Part shown: positions 44,770 through 54,563 of the stretch, in pieces
Layout of the letters: each line of letters starts with the position of its first letter
Numbering within the stretch: position 1 is the stretch's first letter
NCBI GenBank assembly: GCA_964291635.2
Contig: OZ219900.1
Span: forward strand, 6,246-70,245
From: Paracoccaceae bacterium
GTDB taxonomy: Bacteria; Pseudomonadota; Alphaproteobacteria; Rhodobacterales; Rhodobacteraceae
Direction of reading: 5' to 3'
Length of the DNA: 64,000 nucleotides
The notes under the pieces: model-generated
The model's database searches: none
What the model was told of the DNA's origin: nothing
The model's input: only the letters and a program-made list of their open reading frames with translations
Program-made: the position numbers and the translations under genes

Positions 44770-46641
44770 ATGGGCACCGGGGCAAACAGTGTTCGTCTGA
44801 CGACGACACAGGCAATCGTCCGTTTTCTGGCAAACCAGTATGTCGAAACCGATGGCGGAAAGGTTCGCCTCTGCGGCGGCGGTTTTGCCATATTCGGGCA
44901 CGGGAATGTCACCTGTCTGGGCGAGGCACTTTATCAGTACCGCGATGAACTTCCCCTGTACCGGGGGCAAAACGAGCAGGGCATGGGACTTGCTGCCACT
45001 GCTTACGCCAAGTACCACCTCCGGCGCCGGTTCATGTTCTGCACGGCTTCGGCCGGTCCCGGCACATCCAATCTCGTGACCGCAGCCGCGACCGCTCATG
45101 CCAACCGGCTGCCGTTTCTCCTCCTGTGCGGCGACACCTATGTCACGAGGTTTCCCGATCCCGTCCTTCAGCAGCTTGAGCATTTCGGCAACCCGGTCGA
45201 CGGCGTCAATGACGCCTTTCGCCCCGTCACGCGCTACTGGGACCGGATCACCCATCCGGCACAGGTCATCTCGTCCCTGCCGAACGCGATCGCAATCATG
45301 CTCGACCCGTCCGACTGCGGCCCGGCCTTCCTCGGACTGCCGCAGGATGTCCAGGGTTGGGCGTTTGACTATCCGGTCGAATTGTTCGCCGAAACCGTTC
45401 ATCGCGTCAGGCGGCAAACGCCTGACCGCGATGAGATTGCCGCCGCGGCCGCACTTCTCAGGACGGCTCGAAGGCCGCTGATCATTGCGGGAGGCGGAGT
45501 TCAGTACTCGGGAGCCGTCTCCGAACTCGGGGATCTCGCACACGGCCACAACATCCCGGTGGTGGAGACGATTGCCGGCCGGGCCAACCTGGTTGCCGAC
45601 GATCCGCTCAATGTCGGCCCGATCGGTGTCACGGGATCGAATTCAGCCAATGCGGTTGCCGAAAAGGCTGATGTCGTCGTCGCGATCGGAACCCGTCTCC
45701 AGGACTTCACCACGGGTTCCTGGACCGCGTTCGATCGCTCGGCGCGCTTCATTTCGCTGAACACGGCAAGGCACGATGCCCTGAAGCATCGCTCACTCCC
45801 CGTCGTCGGTGACGCGAAACTCGGGATTCGCGCGCTGGTCGAGGCGATCGGCGACTACGCGGCACCCGCTGCCTGGACGGATCAGGCCAAATCGGAACGT
45901 GCCGCATGGGATGAATACGTCAGCGCCAATGTCCGGACGGGGAACCGCCCGAATTCCTATGCACAGGCGATCGGGGTCGTTAACGGGCAATGCAGGAAAC
46001 GCGACCGGATCGTTTCGGCAGCAGGCGGCCTCCCGTCGGAAATAGCCGCGAACTGGCGCACCCTCGACGCGGGTACAGTCGACATCGAGTTCGGCTATTC
46101 ATGCATGGGTTACGAAATATCGGGTGGGTGGGGTGCCCGCATTGCCCAGTCCGAGGTTGAACCCGATGCCGACACCATCGTTTTTGTCGGTGACGGTTCG
46201 TACCTGATGATGAACTCGGACATCTACTCTTCCGTCCTCTCCGGCAAGAAACTGATTCTCCTGGTTCTCGACAACGGCGGTTTTGCGGTCATCAACAAGC
46301 TTCAGAACAACACCGGCAACGAATCCTTCAACAACCTCATCGCCGACTGCAGACTCGGCGTCGACCCTTTCACTGTCGACTTCGAGATGCATGCCAGGTC
46401 CATGGGAGCCGACGGTGAGACGGTCGAACGCGTTTCGGACCTTGGAGCGGCACTTGAACGCGCCAGAAATTCCGACCGGACCTACGTGATCGTCATGAAG
46501 GTGGACCCCTACGAAGGATGGACGGCCGAGGGTCACGCCTGGTGGGAGGTCGGAACGCCGGAAGTGAGTGAAAGCGAACGGGTTCGACAGGCGCATGCAG
46601 ACATCGAAGCCGTCCGGGTCAGGCAACGGCCAGGTGTGTGA
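44770..46641 (+). CDS. iolD: 3D-(3,5/4)-trihydroxycyclohexane-1,2-dione acylhydrolase (TPP enzyme)
   Basis: MGTGANSVRLTTTQAIVRFLANQYVETDGGKVRLCGGGFAIFGHGNVTCLGEAL... is the characteristic IolD N-terminus. The TPP-binding motif is VGDGSYLMMNSDIYSSV...LDNGGF. The track ORF opens at 44395, but ATG 44770 fits the family length of about 620 aa. Confidence 0.9.
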   Translation: MGTGANSVRLTTTQAIVRFLANQYVETDGGKVRLCGGGFAIFGHGNVTCLGEALYQYRDELPLYRGQNEQGMGLAATAYAKYHLRRRFMFCTASAGPGTSNLVTAAATAHANRLPFLLLCGDTYVTRFPDPVLQQLEHFGNPVDGVNDAFRPVTRYWDRITHPAQVISSLPNAIAIMLDPSDCGPAFLGLPQDVQGWAFDYPVELFAETVHRVRRQTPDRDEIAAAAALLRTARRPLIIAGGGVQYSGAVSELGDLAHGHNIPVVETIAGRANLVADDPLNVGPIGVTGSNSANAVAEKADVVVAIGTRLQDFTTGSWTAFDRSARFISLNTARHDALKHRSLPVVGDAKLGIRALVEAIGDYAAPAAWTDQAKSERAAWDEYVSANVRTGNRPNSYAQAIGVVNGQCRKRDRIVSAAGGLPSEIAANWRTLDAGTVDIEFGYSCMGYEISGGWGARIAQSEVEPDADTIVFVGDGSYLMMNSDIYSSVLSGKKLILLVLDNGGFAVINKLQNNTGNESFNNLIADCRLGVDPFTVDFEMHARSMGADGETVERVSDLGAALERARNSDRTYVIVMKVDPYEGWTAEGHAWWEVGTPEVSESERVRQAHADIEAVRVRQRPGV

Positions 46642-46743
46642 AATGACGGAGGGAAACGGGCGACCTGAGGTCCTGGCGTCCTTCCGCCCGCTCCCGGGAA
46701 CCGGCTGCAAGCCGCTGACGGAGATTTTGCCGCCGGGGCTACC

Positions 46744-47724
46744 ATGAGCCCTTTCGCCAAACTTTCGCGTAATCGGTTCCTGGTCGTCGGGCGGGGCGGC
46801 ATGGACATCTATCCCGACCCGCCAGGCGTCCGGACCGAAGACGCGGTCCGTTTTTTCGCCGCCCTTGGCGGTTCGGCTGCCAACATCGCCGTCGCCTTGA
46901 CCCGGCTCGGAGGCAGCGCCTCGCTGGTGTCTCCGGTCTCCGATGACGCTGTCGGCCGGTATGTCGTCAACCAGCTCGATCGCTATGGAGTCGATCGGCG
47001 GCATGTGGCCTTTGTCGGCGGGCAGGTCCGAACATCACTCGCCGTGGTCGAAAGCAGGATGGAAGACCACCAATCCGTGATCTACCGAAACCGTGCGGCC
47101 GACTTCGAATTAACCGTCGCGGATGTCGAGAATCTCGACTACCGCGATTACGGCGCCCTGATCACGACAGGAACGGTCTTTGCTTCGGAACCGTCGCGAA
47201 GCGCCGGGTTTAACGCGCTTGAACGCGCAAGGTCCGCCGGCCTGCCGCTGGTATTCGACATCGACCACCGGCCATATTCCTGGCCTTCGGCAGAGACTGC
47301 ATGTGAAATCTACTCGCGCGTCGGCCGCTCATGCGATTTCGTCGTCGGCAACGATGACGAGTTCGGGTTCATGGCCGGGGACTATTCGCGCGGCCTCGAC
47401 ATGGCCCGCGAACTTGGCCGCAACACCTCAGGGGCGATCGTCTACAAGATGGGCGAGCGCGGTGCGATCACTCTTGCCGGGGACCGAGAGGTTCGCACCG
47501 GAATCTACCCGGTGACGGCGCTCAAGCCAACGGGCGCAGGAGACGCATTCATGGGCGGGTTCATGTCATCGCTCGCCAACGGACGCGATCTCGAGGATGC
47601 CGTCCTTCGGGGCTCCGCCTGCGCCGCAATCGTCGTCTCCAAGGTGGCCTGTGCTCCGGCCATGCCCGACTCGTCAACGCTCGAAGAATTCCTGTCCGCG
47701 CATGACGGGCCCGTTCAATTGTGA
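46744..47724 (+). CDS. iolC: 5-dehydro-2-deoxygluconokinase (PfkB family)
   Basis: 326 aa with GRGGMDIY, ALGGSAANIAV and the PfkB signature PTGAGDAFMGGF. It sits between iolD and iolB. Confidence 0.85.
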   Translation: MSPFAKLSRNRFLVVGRGGMDIYPDPPGVRTEDAVRFFAALGGSAANIAVALTRLGGSASLVSPVSDDAVGRYVVNQLDRYGVDRRHVAFVGGQVRTSLAVVESRMEDHQSVIYRNRAADFELTVADVENLDYRDYGALITTGTVFASEPSRSAGFNALERARSAGLPLVFDIDHRPYSWPSAETACEIYSRVGRSCDFVVGNDDEFGFMAGDYSRGLDMARELGRNTSGAIVYKMGERGAITLAGDREVRTGIYPVTALKPTGAGDAFMGGFMSSLANGRDLEDAVLRGSACAAIVVSKVACAPAMPDSSTLEEFLSAHDGPVQL

Positions 47725-47754
47725 CCATAGCCCGGCGGCGATCGGAACACGCAC

Positions 47755-48597
47755 ATGCACATTCCTCCCCATGACAACCGAAACGAACCGATCGTGGCTG
47801 CTGACAACGATTGTGTTCCCCTCACCTACTTCAACATCGTCAAGTTGCGCGATGGGGAGAGTTTCGAATACAGCGTCCCGGGATACGAGACCTGCATTGT
47901 TCCCGCGACCGGAACCATCGACGTTTCGGTCGGGGATTCATCGTTCCGTCGGCTCGGGAACCGCGGCCAGGATGTCTGGGACGGAGAGCCGGAGGGCGTG
48001 TATGCGCCAACGGGCGCCAGGGCCATCCTGACCTGCAGATCGAGGCAGACCGAAGTGTTCGTCGCGGGTGCGCGCTGCGACGACGTGTTTGAACCTTTTG
48101 ACGTTCGCGGCGATCAACTCGATGTCGTCCAGTACGGCTCGGACGAAACCAAGACCCACCGGAAGATCAAGCACATACTCGGTCAGAAACAGGTTGGGCG
48201 TGTCGGACGCCTGCTGGTTTCCGAGCTGTTTACCGTCGGCAGGGGGGGATGGTCGGGTTTCCCGTCACACAAGCATGACACGGACCGATTGCCGGTCGAG
48301 ACCCGGCACGACGAGACATACAATTTCCGCTTTCGACCCAGTTACGGCTCCGGACTGCAAATGCTGCAGAGAGAAGACAACCTGCCCGGTGACGCCTACC
48401 ACATCGTCGACGGTTCGACGATTTGCCTGGACAGAGGTTATCACCCCTGCGTGGCATTGCCGGGGTACGAGATGTATTATTTCACCATTCTTGGCGGGCT
48501 GAGCCAGCGCGGCCTGGTCCAGTATTTCCAGCCGACCCATTCGGAACAGCTGAAGACGATTCCCGGAATCCTGGACATGGTCGCGAAATTCAAATGA
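47755..48597 (+). CDS. iolB: 5-deoxy-glucuronate isomerase
   Basis: 280 aa, cupin-like, with GGWSGFPSHKHD...ETYNFRF. It is typical of IolB in sequence and position. Confidence 0.85.
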   Translation: MHIPPHDNRNEPIVAADNDCVPLTYFNIVKLRDGESFEYSVPGYETCIVPATGTIDVSVGDSSFRRLGNRGQDVWDGEPEGVYAPTGARAILTCRSRQTEVFVAGARCDDVFEPFDVRGDQLDVVQYGSDETKTHRKIKHILGQKQVGRVGRLLVSELFTVGRGGWSGFPSHKHDTDRLPVETRHDETYNFRFRPSYGSGLQMLQREDNLPGDAYHIVDGSTICLDRGYHPCVALPGYEMYYFTILGGLSQRGLVQYFQPTHSEQLKTIPGILDMVAKFK

Positions 48598-49448
48598 GCC
48601 TCGCGACGCTTGCGGATGTCCTCCAGCCGGCGCTCGGAAACCGGTATGCGGTCGCGGGCCTCGTGGTTCTCGGTTGGGAAGACGCACGCGCCTACGTGGA
48701 AGCGGCGGAAGCGGAGCGGGCACCGGTCATCCTCCAGGCCGGGCCGGGATGCAGGGCCCACACCCCTTTACCGGTTCTTGCGGCCATGTTCCGCACGCTG
48801 GCGGCCGATGCGTCCGTGCCGGTCGTCGCGCACCTGGACCACGGGTACAGCCGGGATGAATGTGTCGAGGCAATCGACTCCGGGTTTACGTCCGTCATGT
48901 ATGACGGATCGAGGAAACCGCTGCCGCAGAACATCGATGAAACTGCCGAAATCGTCGAAATTGCCCGGCGGGCCGGCGTTTCCTCCGAAGGTGAGATCGG
49001 ATTCGTCGGATATGCCTCGGGCGACGCTTCCACCACGACCGACCCGGACGAGGCCCGGCAGTTCGCGATGGAAACCGGCGTGGACGCCATGGCGGTTTCG
49101 GTCGGCAACGTCCACCTGAAGGAAACGCGCGACGCGAGAATTGATCTCGTCGCTGTGCAGAAGATCGAGAACGTGACGACGGTACCCCTGGTCATCCACG
49201 GTGCTTCAGGGATCCCGACTGCAAGCAGGAGCGAGTTGGCCCGGACAACCGCAGTCTGCAAGTTCAACATCGGGACGGAACTTCGCAAGACATTCGGGTC
49301 AGCCCTGCGCCTCGCGGTTGACAGGGACCGAAACCGGTTTGACAGGAACGCAATACTCTCGGAAACGATCGTACCGGTTCGTGACGCAGCCCAGGCTGCC
49401 ATCCGCGCGATTTCGGCGGCACCTACATCAAGCCCGGGCCATTCCTGA
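48594..49448 (+). CDS. iolJ: class II fructose-bisphosphate aldolase family protein (6-phospho-5-dehydro-2-deoxy-D-gluconate aldolase-like)
   Basis: The ATG overlaps the iolB stop (ATGA). MSLATLADVLQPALGNRYAVAGLVV..., HLDHG, VSVGNVHL and LVIHGASG motifs. The gene symbol is assigned from context. Confidence 0.8.
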   Translation: MSLATLADVLQPALGNRYAVAGLVVLGWEDARAYVEAAEAERAPVILQAGPGCRAHTPLPVLAAMFRTLAADASVPVVAHLDHGYSRDECVEAIDSGFTSVMYDGSRKPLPQNIDETAEIVEIARRAGVSSEGEIGFVGYASGDASTTTDPDEARQFAMETGVDAMAVSVGNVHLKETRDARIDLVAVQKIENVTTVPLVIHGASGIPTASRSELARTTAVCKFNIGTELRKTFGSALRLAVDRDRNRFDRNAILSETIVPVRDAAQAAIRAISAAPTSSPGHS

Positions 49449-49821
49449 TCGCAACTTGGGTCGTCTTATTTTCTGTTTATTGCATCGTGAATCGCCGGCA
49501 TCATTTTGTCGTGCCACGAGGATTCCTGGATGCGTGGAGAGACGCACCTGATGGTGGCGCGGATGTTCCTGGCGGATCCGATGCGTTGGAGGAGCCCGGA
49601 TTCCGTTGCGCTTTTTGTCATGCTCGCTCTGCTCGGGAACGCGAGGGATTGCTAACGCCCGACTCTTGTCTCCTCGGGTCATGGGAGCAATGGATTGTTA
49701 CGTCGGCCGACGTTCCGGCGTTGCGTTGGGCTCAACCTGCAAGAGACATGACAGAATGGCGTTCAGCCGAAAATTTCCAGAAACCCGAGCGCCGATACCA
49801 TGACGTTCAAACCCACCATCG

Positions 49822-50219
49822 TCACCAGGCGTCCAATTCCGCAGGCCGCTGCCAAACGATTTCATGCAACGCCTGCGTCTGAGCGAGGGCTTTACAGCGG
49901 TCAAGCGGTTGTGAATCCGTGTCGGCGGACGTGTAACGCAAGCGAACGGCATAACCGGTGTCGTCCATCAGATCGTCAAACCAAGCGACATCCTCGCCAC
50001 GCTTGCGAAACATGTCCAACAGCGATGCCAGATCGTGCGACAAGGGATAGATCTCACCGAGAGAAGTGAGCCAAACCTTCAACAGTTTCTCTGCCGCCTG
50101 TTGCACGAGGAAGCCAAGATCTCGTCAGCGAATACGACCTCGTCGCCCATACCTCGAAGCGCCGACACGTCCTTCGCCCCCGCCTCCAGAAGTGTCCGGG
50201 CCTGCTTAAGGTCGCTCAT
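49822..50219 (-). pseudogene. HEPN-domain toxin of a HEPN/MNT pair, frameshifted
   Basis: ATG 50219 gives MSDLKQARTLLEAGAKDVSALRGMGDEVVFADEI..., then the frame is lost near 50111-50123. The rest, LGFLVQQAAEKLLKVWLTSLGEIYPLSHDL...YAVRLRY, is in another frame (track ORF 49822-50106). Confidence 0.7.
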
Positions 50220-50548
50220 AGAGCACCTTGCCTTCCCGTCGAACACGCGCGAGCACGTGATTGAGAGAATCTCGCCAGTAGTCGACAGTCGACCTCGTCA
50301 CGGCTGTACACCAGGATGTCTTTCGGTACACGGAATTGCGCGAGGGCACGCCAAATGCGCGCCTCTTCGGCATTTCGGTCCCGGCCCGGTCCGAACGGCT
50401 CCGCCTCGACGATCACCAGATCAACGTCGGAGTCATTGCCCGCGTTCCCGCGCGCGTGTGAGGCGAACAAGATCACCTGCTCGGGATCGGCCACCCTGAC
50501 AATGGCTGCCGTCATTCGCCGTAGTAGCGCGTTGTCAACCCGCGTCAC
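50216..50548 (-). CDS. nucleotidyltransferase (MNT) antitoxin of HEPN/MNT pair, C-terminus altered by a 7-bp duplication
   Basis: VILFASHARGNAGNDSDVDLVIV is the minimal NTase motif (GS..RG...SD.DL). After ...VYSRDEVD the tandem duplication GTCGACAGTCGAC (50281-50293) shifts the frame. The alternative frame reads VDYWRDSLNHVLARVRREGKVLYERP*, which looks like a native MNT tail with its stop at 50206-50208. Confidence 0.7.
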   Translation of the reverse strand: MTRVDNALLRRMTAAIVRVADPEQVILFASHARGNAGNDSDVDLVIVEAEPFGPGRDRNAEEARIWRALAQFRVPKDILVYSRDEVDCRLLARFSQSRARACSTGRQGAL

Positions 50549-51151
50549 GCCCGTCCATCCTGATGAGACGCATTGGGGAACTCATGACGAATACTTGGCA
50601 ACACATCACGTCGCCACGTCCTGCCGTCTGTTTCCGTGGCTCGTCGGGACCGGCCGGCGCGAAAGCCTCTCTCCGTGCGGTTGGGCCAGTCCTTCGCGCT
50701 GTGTGTGTGCCGCTGTGTTCAGGTCCGCAACGGCGGCATGGCCTCAAGTCGCACATTCAAGGACCGCCCTCGTTCCTGGTCAGGCAGCAAAGGATTTCTG
50801 CGCACCTGGCTCACACACCCCGCTCCACTCCAACGGCGTTCCAGCGCCCAGTGCACCCGGTCATCGCGGCAGCCGTCCGGACCCAGCATCCGCACGTGTG
50901 GTCCCAAGGACGGTTCGAACTCATTCCTCTCTGCCCCTCGGTATCGTCGTCGCCTCCTTGGCCCGGTAGCCGGTTCAATCTCTGGGCACCTACTTCGTGG
51001 CCTTTGGACCAGAGCAAATCGTCGGAATGCGACTTCCGGATTTGCGGGGTCTTTAACAACGATCTTGATGAGTTGATGGTTTCGACAAGAGAAACATTCC
51101 CGGCTTAAGCAGTATAAACTGTCGTGTGAATTGGTGTGCCAATGGTCAGTG

Positions 51152-53300
51152 TCCGATCTTTAGACTGAAGTTCTGGACGTTTTCAGTTTTTTTGTCACGT
51201 TTATTTACGTACATTCAAGGGGTTAGGGTGCCAAGGGTACCCTCCGGACCGGTCGCGTGTAGGCACTAGGTGTCCGTGGGCCGGCTTGTGGCCCATCAAC
51301 AGGCATCCCCAACATTTTCCGCAATGATCCCGCATTTCGGCGAAATATCCCCTTGACACCATAGCAGATGTCAGCCAAAAGAGGACAAACAAGTAGGCAC
51401 TAGCCAGCAGGGCAACCACATGACCGCTTCCCCCTCCATGCATGTCGCCGTCATCAAGTCGCACCAGAACGGAAAAACATACACCTCGGTCCTCCTCCGA
51501 CAGAGCTACCGCGACCATAACAACCGGGTGCAGAAGCGAACCCTCGCCAATCTCTCCCACCTGCCGCCGCACACGATCCCGTTGCTGCGCGGCGCGCTGG
51601 CGGGAAAGCAGTACGCCGAAGTCGGCGACGTGCTCGGGGACCCGGTCCGTTCACGCCACCACGGGGCAGTGCAGGCAGTGCAGACGGCCATGAATGCCAT
51701 CGGCCTTCCCCGTCTCGTCGCCCGCGAGCGGAGCCCGGAACGCGACCTTGTCATGGCCATGGTCGCCGGCCGCATCCTCAGGCCGAACTCAAAGCTCGCC
51801 ACCACCCGATGGTGGCGGAACACCACCCTGCCGCAGGCGTTCGCCATCGCCGGGGACGTCACCGCCGATGACCTCTACGCGGCGATGGACTGGCTCGATC
51901 AGCGGCAGGAAGGCATCCAGGGACGCCTGGCACGGCGCTGGATCGCGAAGGACGATCTCGTCCTCTGGGACCTGTCATCGACCTGGTACGAGGGGAGCCA
52001 CTGTCCGCTCGCACGCTTCGGCTACAGCCGCGACCGCAAGCGCGGCCTCCCGCAGATCAATTTCGGCCTCCTCTGCAACCGTGACGGGCGCCCGGTCGCG
52101 GTCTCGGTCTACCCGGGAGACATCGCCGACAAGGACACCCTCCTGCCCGAGCTCGACCGCCTCCAGCGCCGCTTCGGGCTCTGCCGGGTGGTGATGGTCG
52201 GAGACCGCGGCATGATCATCAAGGCCACCATCGAGGCCCTGCGCAAACGCGACGGCGTCGCGTGGATCACCGCCCTCAAGAGCCGGACCATCGGCAAGCT
52301 CGCCCGCCAGGGCCATCTCGACCGTTTCCAGGACCCCGAACAGGAGCAGACCCTGTTCGAGATCCAGGACCATCCCGACTTCCCCGGGGAACGCCTCGTC
52401 GCCTGCCGCAATCCCCGTCTCGCCGGGTACCGCGACCGGGTGCGGCAGGAGCTGCTCAAGGCCACCGAAAAGGCGCTCGCGGAGATCGTCACCCGTGTCG
52501 AGGGCGGAACCCTCGAGGGCGAGGCCGACATCGGTCTCGCCGTCGGCGAGGTCATCAACAAGAAAAAGGTCAGGAAGCACTTCGACGTCGACATCACCGC
52601 GACCAGCTTCAGCTTCCGCCGCAAGCAGCAGTCCATCGACGCCGAGGCCGCCCTCGACGGAATCTACATCATCCGCACCTCGCTCGGCTCCGAAGACATG
52701 GCCGCCGAGGAATGCGTCAGGAGCTACAAGCGGTTGACCCGCGTGGAGCGCGCTTTCCGCTGTCTCAAACTGAGCGATCTCCAGGTCCGGCCCATATTCC
52801 ACCGCCTCGAGCACCGGGTCCGCGCCCACTTCTTCATCTGCATGCTCGCCTACCTCGTCGAATGGCACATGCGCAAGGTATGGGCTCCGCTGTGCTATAC
52901 CGACACCGAACCCGACGAGACTGGGGATCCGGTCCTGCCCGCCCGGCGTTCGGAGCCGGCACTGACCAAGGTTCATACCCACACCCTGCCGGACGGCAGC
53001 GGCGCCCACAGCTTTCGTACCCTTCTCGACAGCCTGTCAACCATTGTCCGCTCCTCCCATGCGGTTCCACGCCCGGGCGGCGGGAAGGGGGAGGCCACGA
53101 TCGAGGTGACGACCCGGCCCGATGCCGGCCAGGAGAGGGCGCTGAAACTGCTGAAGGATATCGCAGGCATGTGACGGCGGATCCGGTCGGATTCGCCGTT
53201 TGTAGGCAGACCGTGACAATCCCGATCCACGTATCATGTTGATACGATTCAATTAATTTCGTACCTGCCTCAGAACTTCAGTTTAGACGACTTGATCGGA
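51152..53300. mobile_element. IS1634-family (IS4 superfamily) insertion sequence
   Basis: Imperfect terminal inverted repeats: left TCCGATCTTTAGACTGAAGTTCTG (51152-51175), right CAGAACTTCAGTTTAGACGACTTGATCGGA (53271-53300). There is a single transposase ORF. The exact ends and any target duplication are not resolved. Confidence 0.75.
51420..53174 (+). CDS. IS1634-family DDE transposase
   Basis: 584 aa. The N-terminus MHVAVIKSHQNGKTYTSVLLRQSYRDHNNRVQKRTLANLSHLP resembles the conserved IS1634 transposase start. The DDE region includes VMVGDRGM and YKRLTRVERAFRCLK. Confidence 0.85.
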   Translation: MTASPSMHVAVIKSHQNGKTYTSVLLRQSYRDHNNRVQKRTLANLSHLPPHTIPLLRGALAGKQYAEVGDVLGDPVRSRHHGAVQAVQTAMNAIGLPRLVARERSPERDLVMAMVAGRILRPNSKLATTRWWRNTTLPQAFAIAGDVTADDLYAAMDWLDQRQEGIQGRLARRWIAKDDLVLWDLSSTWYEGSHCPLARFGYSRDRKRGLPQINFGLLCNRDGRPVAVSVYPGDIADKDTLLPELDRLQRRFGLCRVVMVGDRGMIIKATIEALRKRDGVAWITALKSRTIGKLARQGHLDRFQDPEQEQTLFEIQDHPDFPGERLVACRNPRLAGYRDRVRQELLKATEKALAEIVTRVEGGTLEGEADIGLAVGEVINKKKVRKHFDVDITATSFSFRRKQQSIDAEAALDGIYIIRTSLGSEDMAAEECVRSYKRLTRVERAFRCLKLSDLQVRPIFHRLEHRVRAHFFICMLAYLVEWHMRKVWAPLCYTDTEPDETGDPVLPARRSEPALTKVHTHTLPDGSGAHSFRTLLDSLSTIVRSSHAVPRPGGGKGEATIEVTTRPDAGQERALKLLKDIAGM

Positions 53301-53426
53301 CAAATTTGGCGTCCGTTCCCAATGACCAAACCGACAAACGAACATTGCGAACTTGACCTTGAATTGACTTTGACTCAAAGCACAAATTCGACCGGAATCG
53401 GCACTTTTCCCAGATGGAGGGGCCCA

Positions 53427-54464
53427 ATGTCCAATCAGGATCGGTTGCTTCGCGGCGGTTCCGTCGCCGTGTTTTTGACCGTGCCGACATTTGCGCTTGC
53501 TCTGGAGCCCCTGCAGAGATGGATACTCGAAACCGGATTCGAACCCGATCCAAGGTACGCGGAAGTGGCGGCGGGTGGACAGCCCCAAGGCGAATGCGGG
53601 TACCTGCCGTCCCGGCCGCAGCTTGTCGTCGATTACAGGAGCGGCAGCTACGTCTTGGGTTTTGGCACCGAAGGCTTTGGCTTGGATACCACGCTGCAGG
53701 TTACAACGCCGTCCGGCGATGTCCTCTGCGACGATGACAGCGGCGAGAACGACGGTGACGCATTCATCAGGCTGGATGATCCGGAAAGTGGTCTCTATGA
53801 AATTCGAGTTGGGACCTACTCATCCGATGAGATCGGGACAAACGCCGATGTGTTCGTCACGGAGATCGATGCCGGAACCACTGGAACGGGCTTCTTCGTC
53901 ACGGACAATCACATCGTCACGAACTGGCATGTCATCGATGGAGTCACCGGCCCAGTGATAGGACGCGCCCTCGGTCAGCCGGAATTCGAGGCCGAGGTCG
54001 TGGTGTACAACGAAGAGGACGATATCGCGCTGCTTTTCACCAAAGACAGGCCCGAGAGCCTGGGCACGGTTGAATTTCGTGCGTATCCACTGGCCTCCAT
54101 CGGCGAGACGGTCTTTGCTTTCGGGTTTCCGACGGATGGCGGCAACTTTACCCGGGGTGAAATCTCGGCACTGACCGGCGACGACGGCGACCTTGCGGAG
54201 TTCCAGTTCACGGCGCCGATCCAGCCGGGCAACTCCGGGTCGCCGTTGTTCGACGAGGAGGGACGTGTCGTAGGAATGGTAACCTCATTCCAGGAAGGTG
54301 GACAATTGGCCAATTTCGCGTTGCGCGGAACCTTGATCAGAGTCTTCCTTGACAGCAACAACGTGGGGTACAGGCTTTCGGATTCCGGCGACGGTCAGCC
54401 CGATGGAGAGATCGAAACCATGGCACGAAATGCCGTGGTATTGTTGGATGTCGCCACCCGATGA
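53427..54464 (+). CDS. secreted trypsin-like serine protease (Trypsin_2/S1C-like) with an N-terminal pre-peptidase-like beta domain
   Basis: Signal-like MSNQDRLLRGGSVAVFLTVPTFALA. Catalytic triad context: GTGFFVTDNHIVTNWHV (His), DIALLF (Asp), GNSGSPLFD (Ser). The track ORF opens at 53292, inside the IS end. Confidence 0.8.
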   Translation: MSNQDRLLRGGSVAVFLTVPTFALALEPLQRWILETGFEPDPRYAEVAAGGQPQGECGYLPSRPQLVVDYRSGSYVLGFGTEGFGLDTTLQVTTPSGDVLCDDDSGENDGDAFIRLDDPESGLYEIRVGTYSSDEIGTNADVFVTEIDAGTTGTGFFVTDNHIVTNWHVIDGVTGPVIGRALGQPEFEAEVVVYNEEDDIALLFTKDRPESLGTVEFRAYPLASIGETVFAFGFPTDGGNFTRGEISALTGDDGDLAEFQFTAPIQPGNSGSPLFDEEGRVVGMVTSFQEGGQLANFALRGTLIRVFLDSNNVGYRLSDSGDGQPDGEIETMARNAVVLLDVATR

Positions 54465-54563
54465 GCGATTTCGGGTGATCGCACATGATCTTGGTCGGTT
54501 CCTTTCCTTGGCGCGAAACGAACTGATTGGGGGCATATCTGGACAGACTTAGGCCGTGGCGGC

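Noticed and set aside
50549-51151. Several 60-220-aa ORFs on both strands between the MNT gene and the IS1634 left end, checked for an integrase, transposase or recombinase remnant.
   Set aside because: All translations are Arg/Ser/Pro-rich with no catalytic motifs that I can recognise. This is probably non-coding or heavily decayed DNA.
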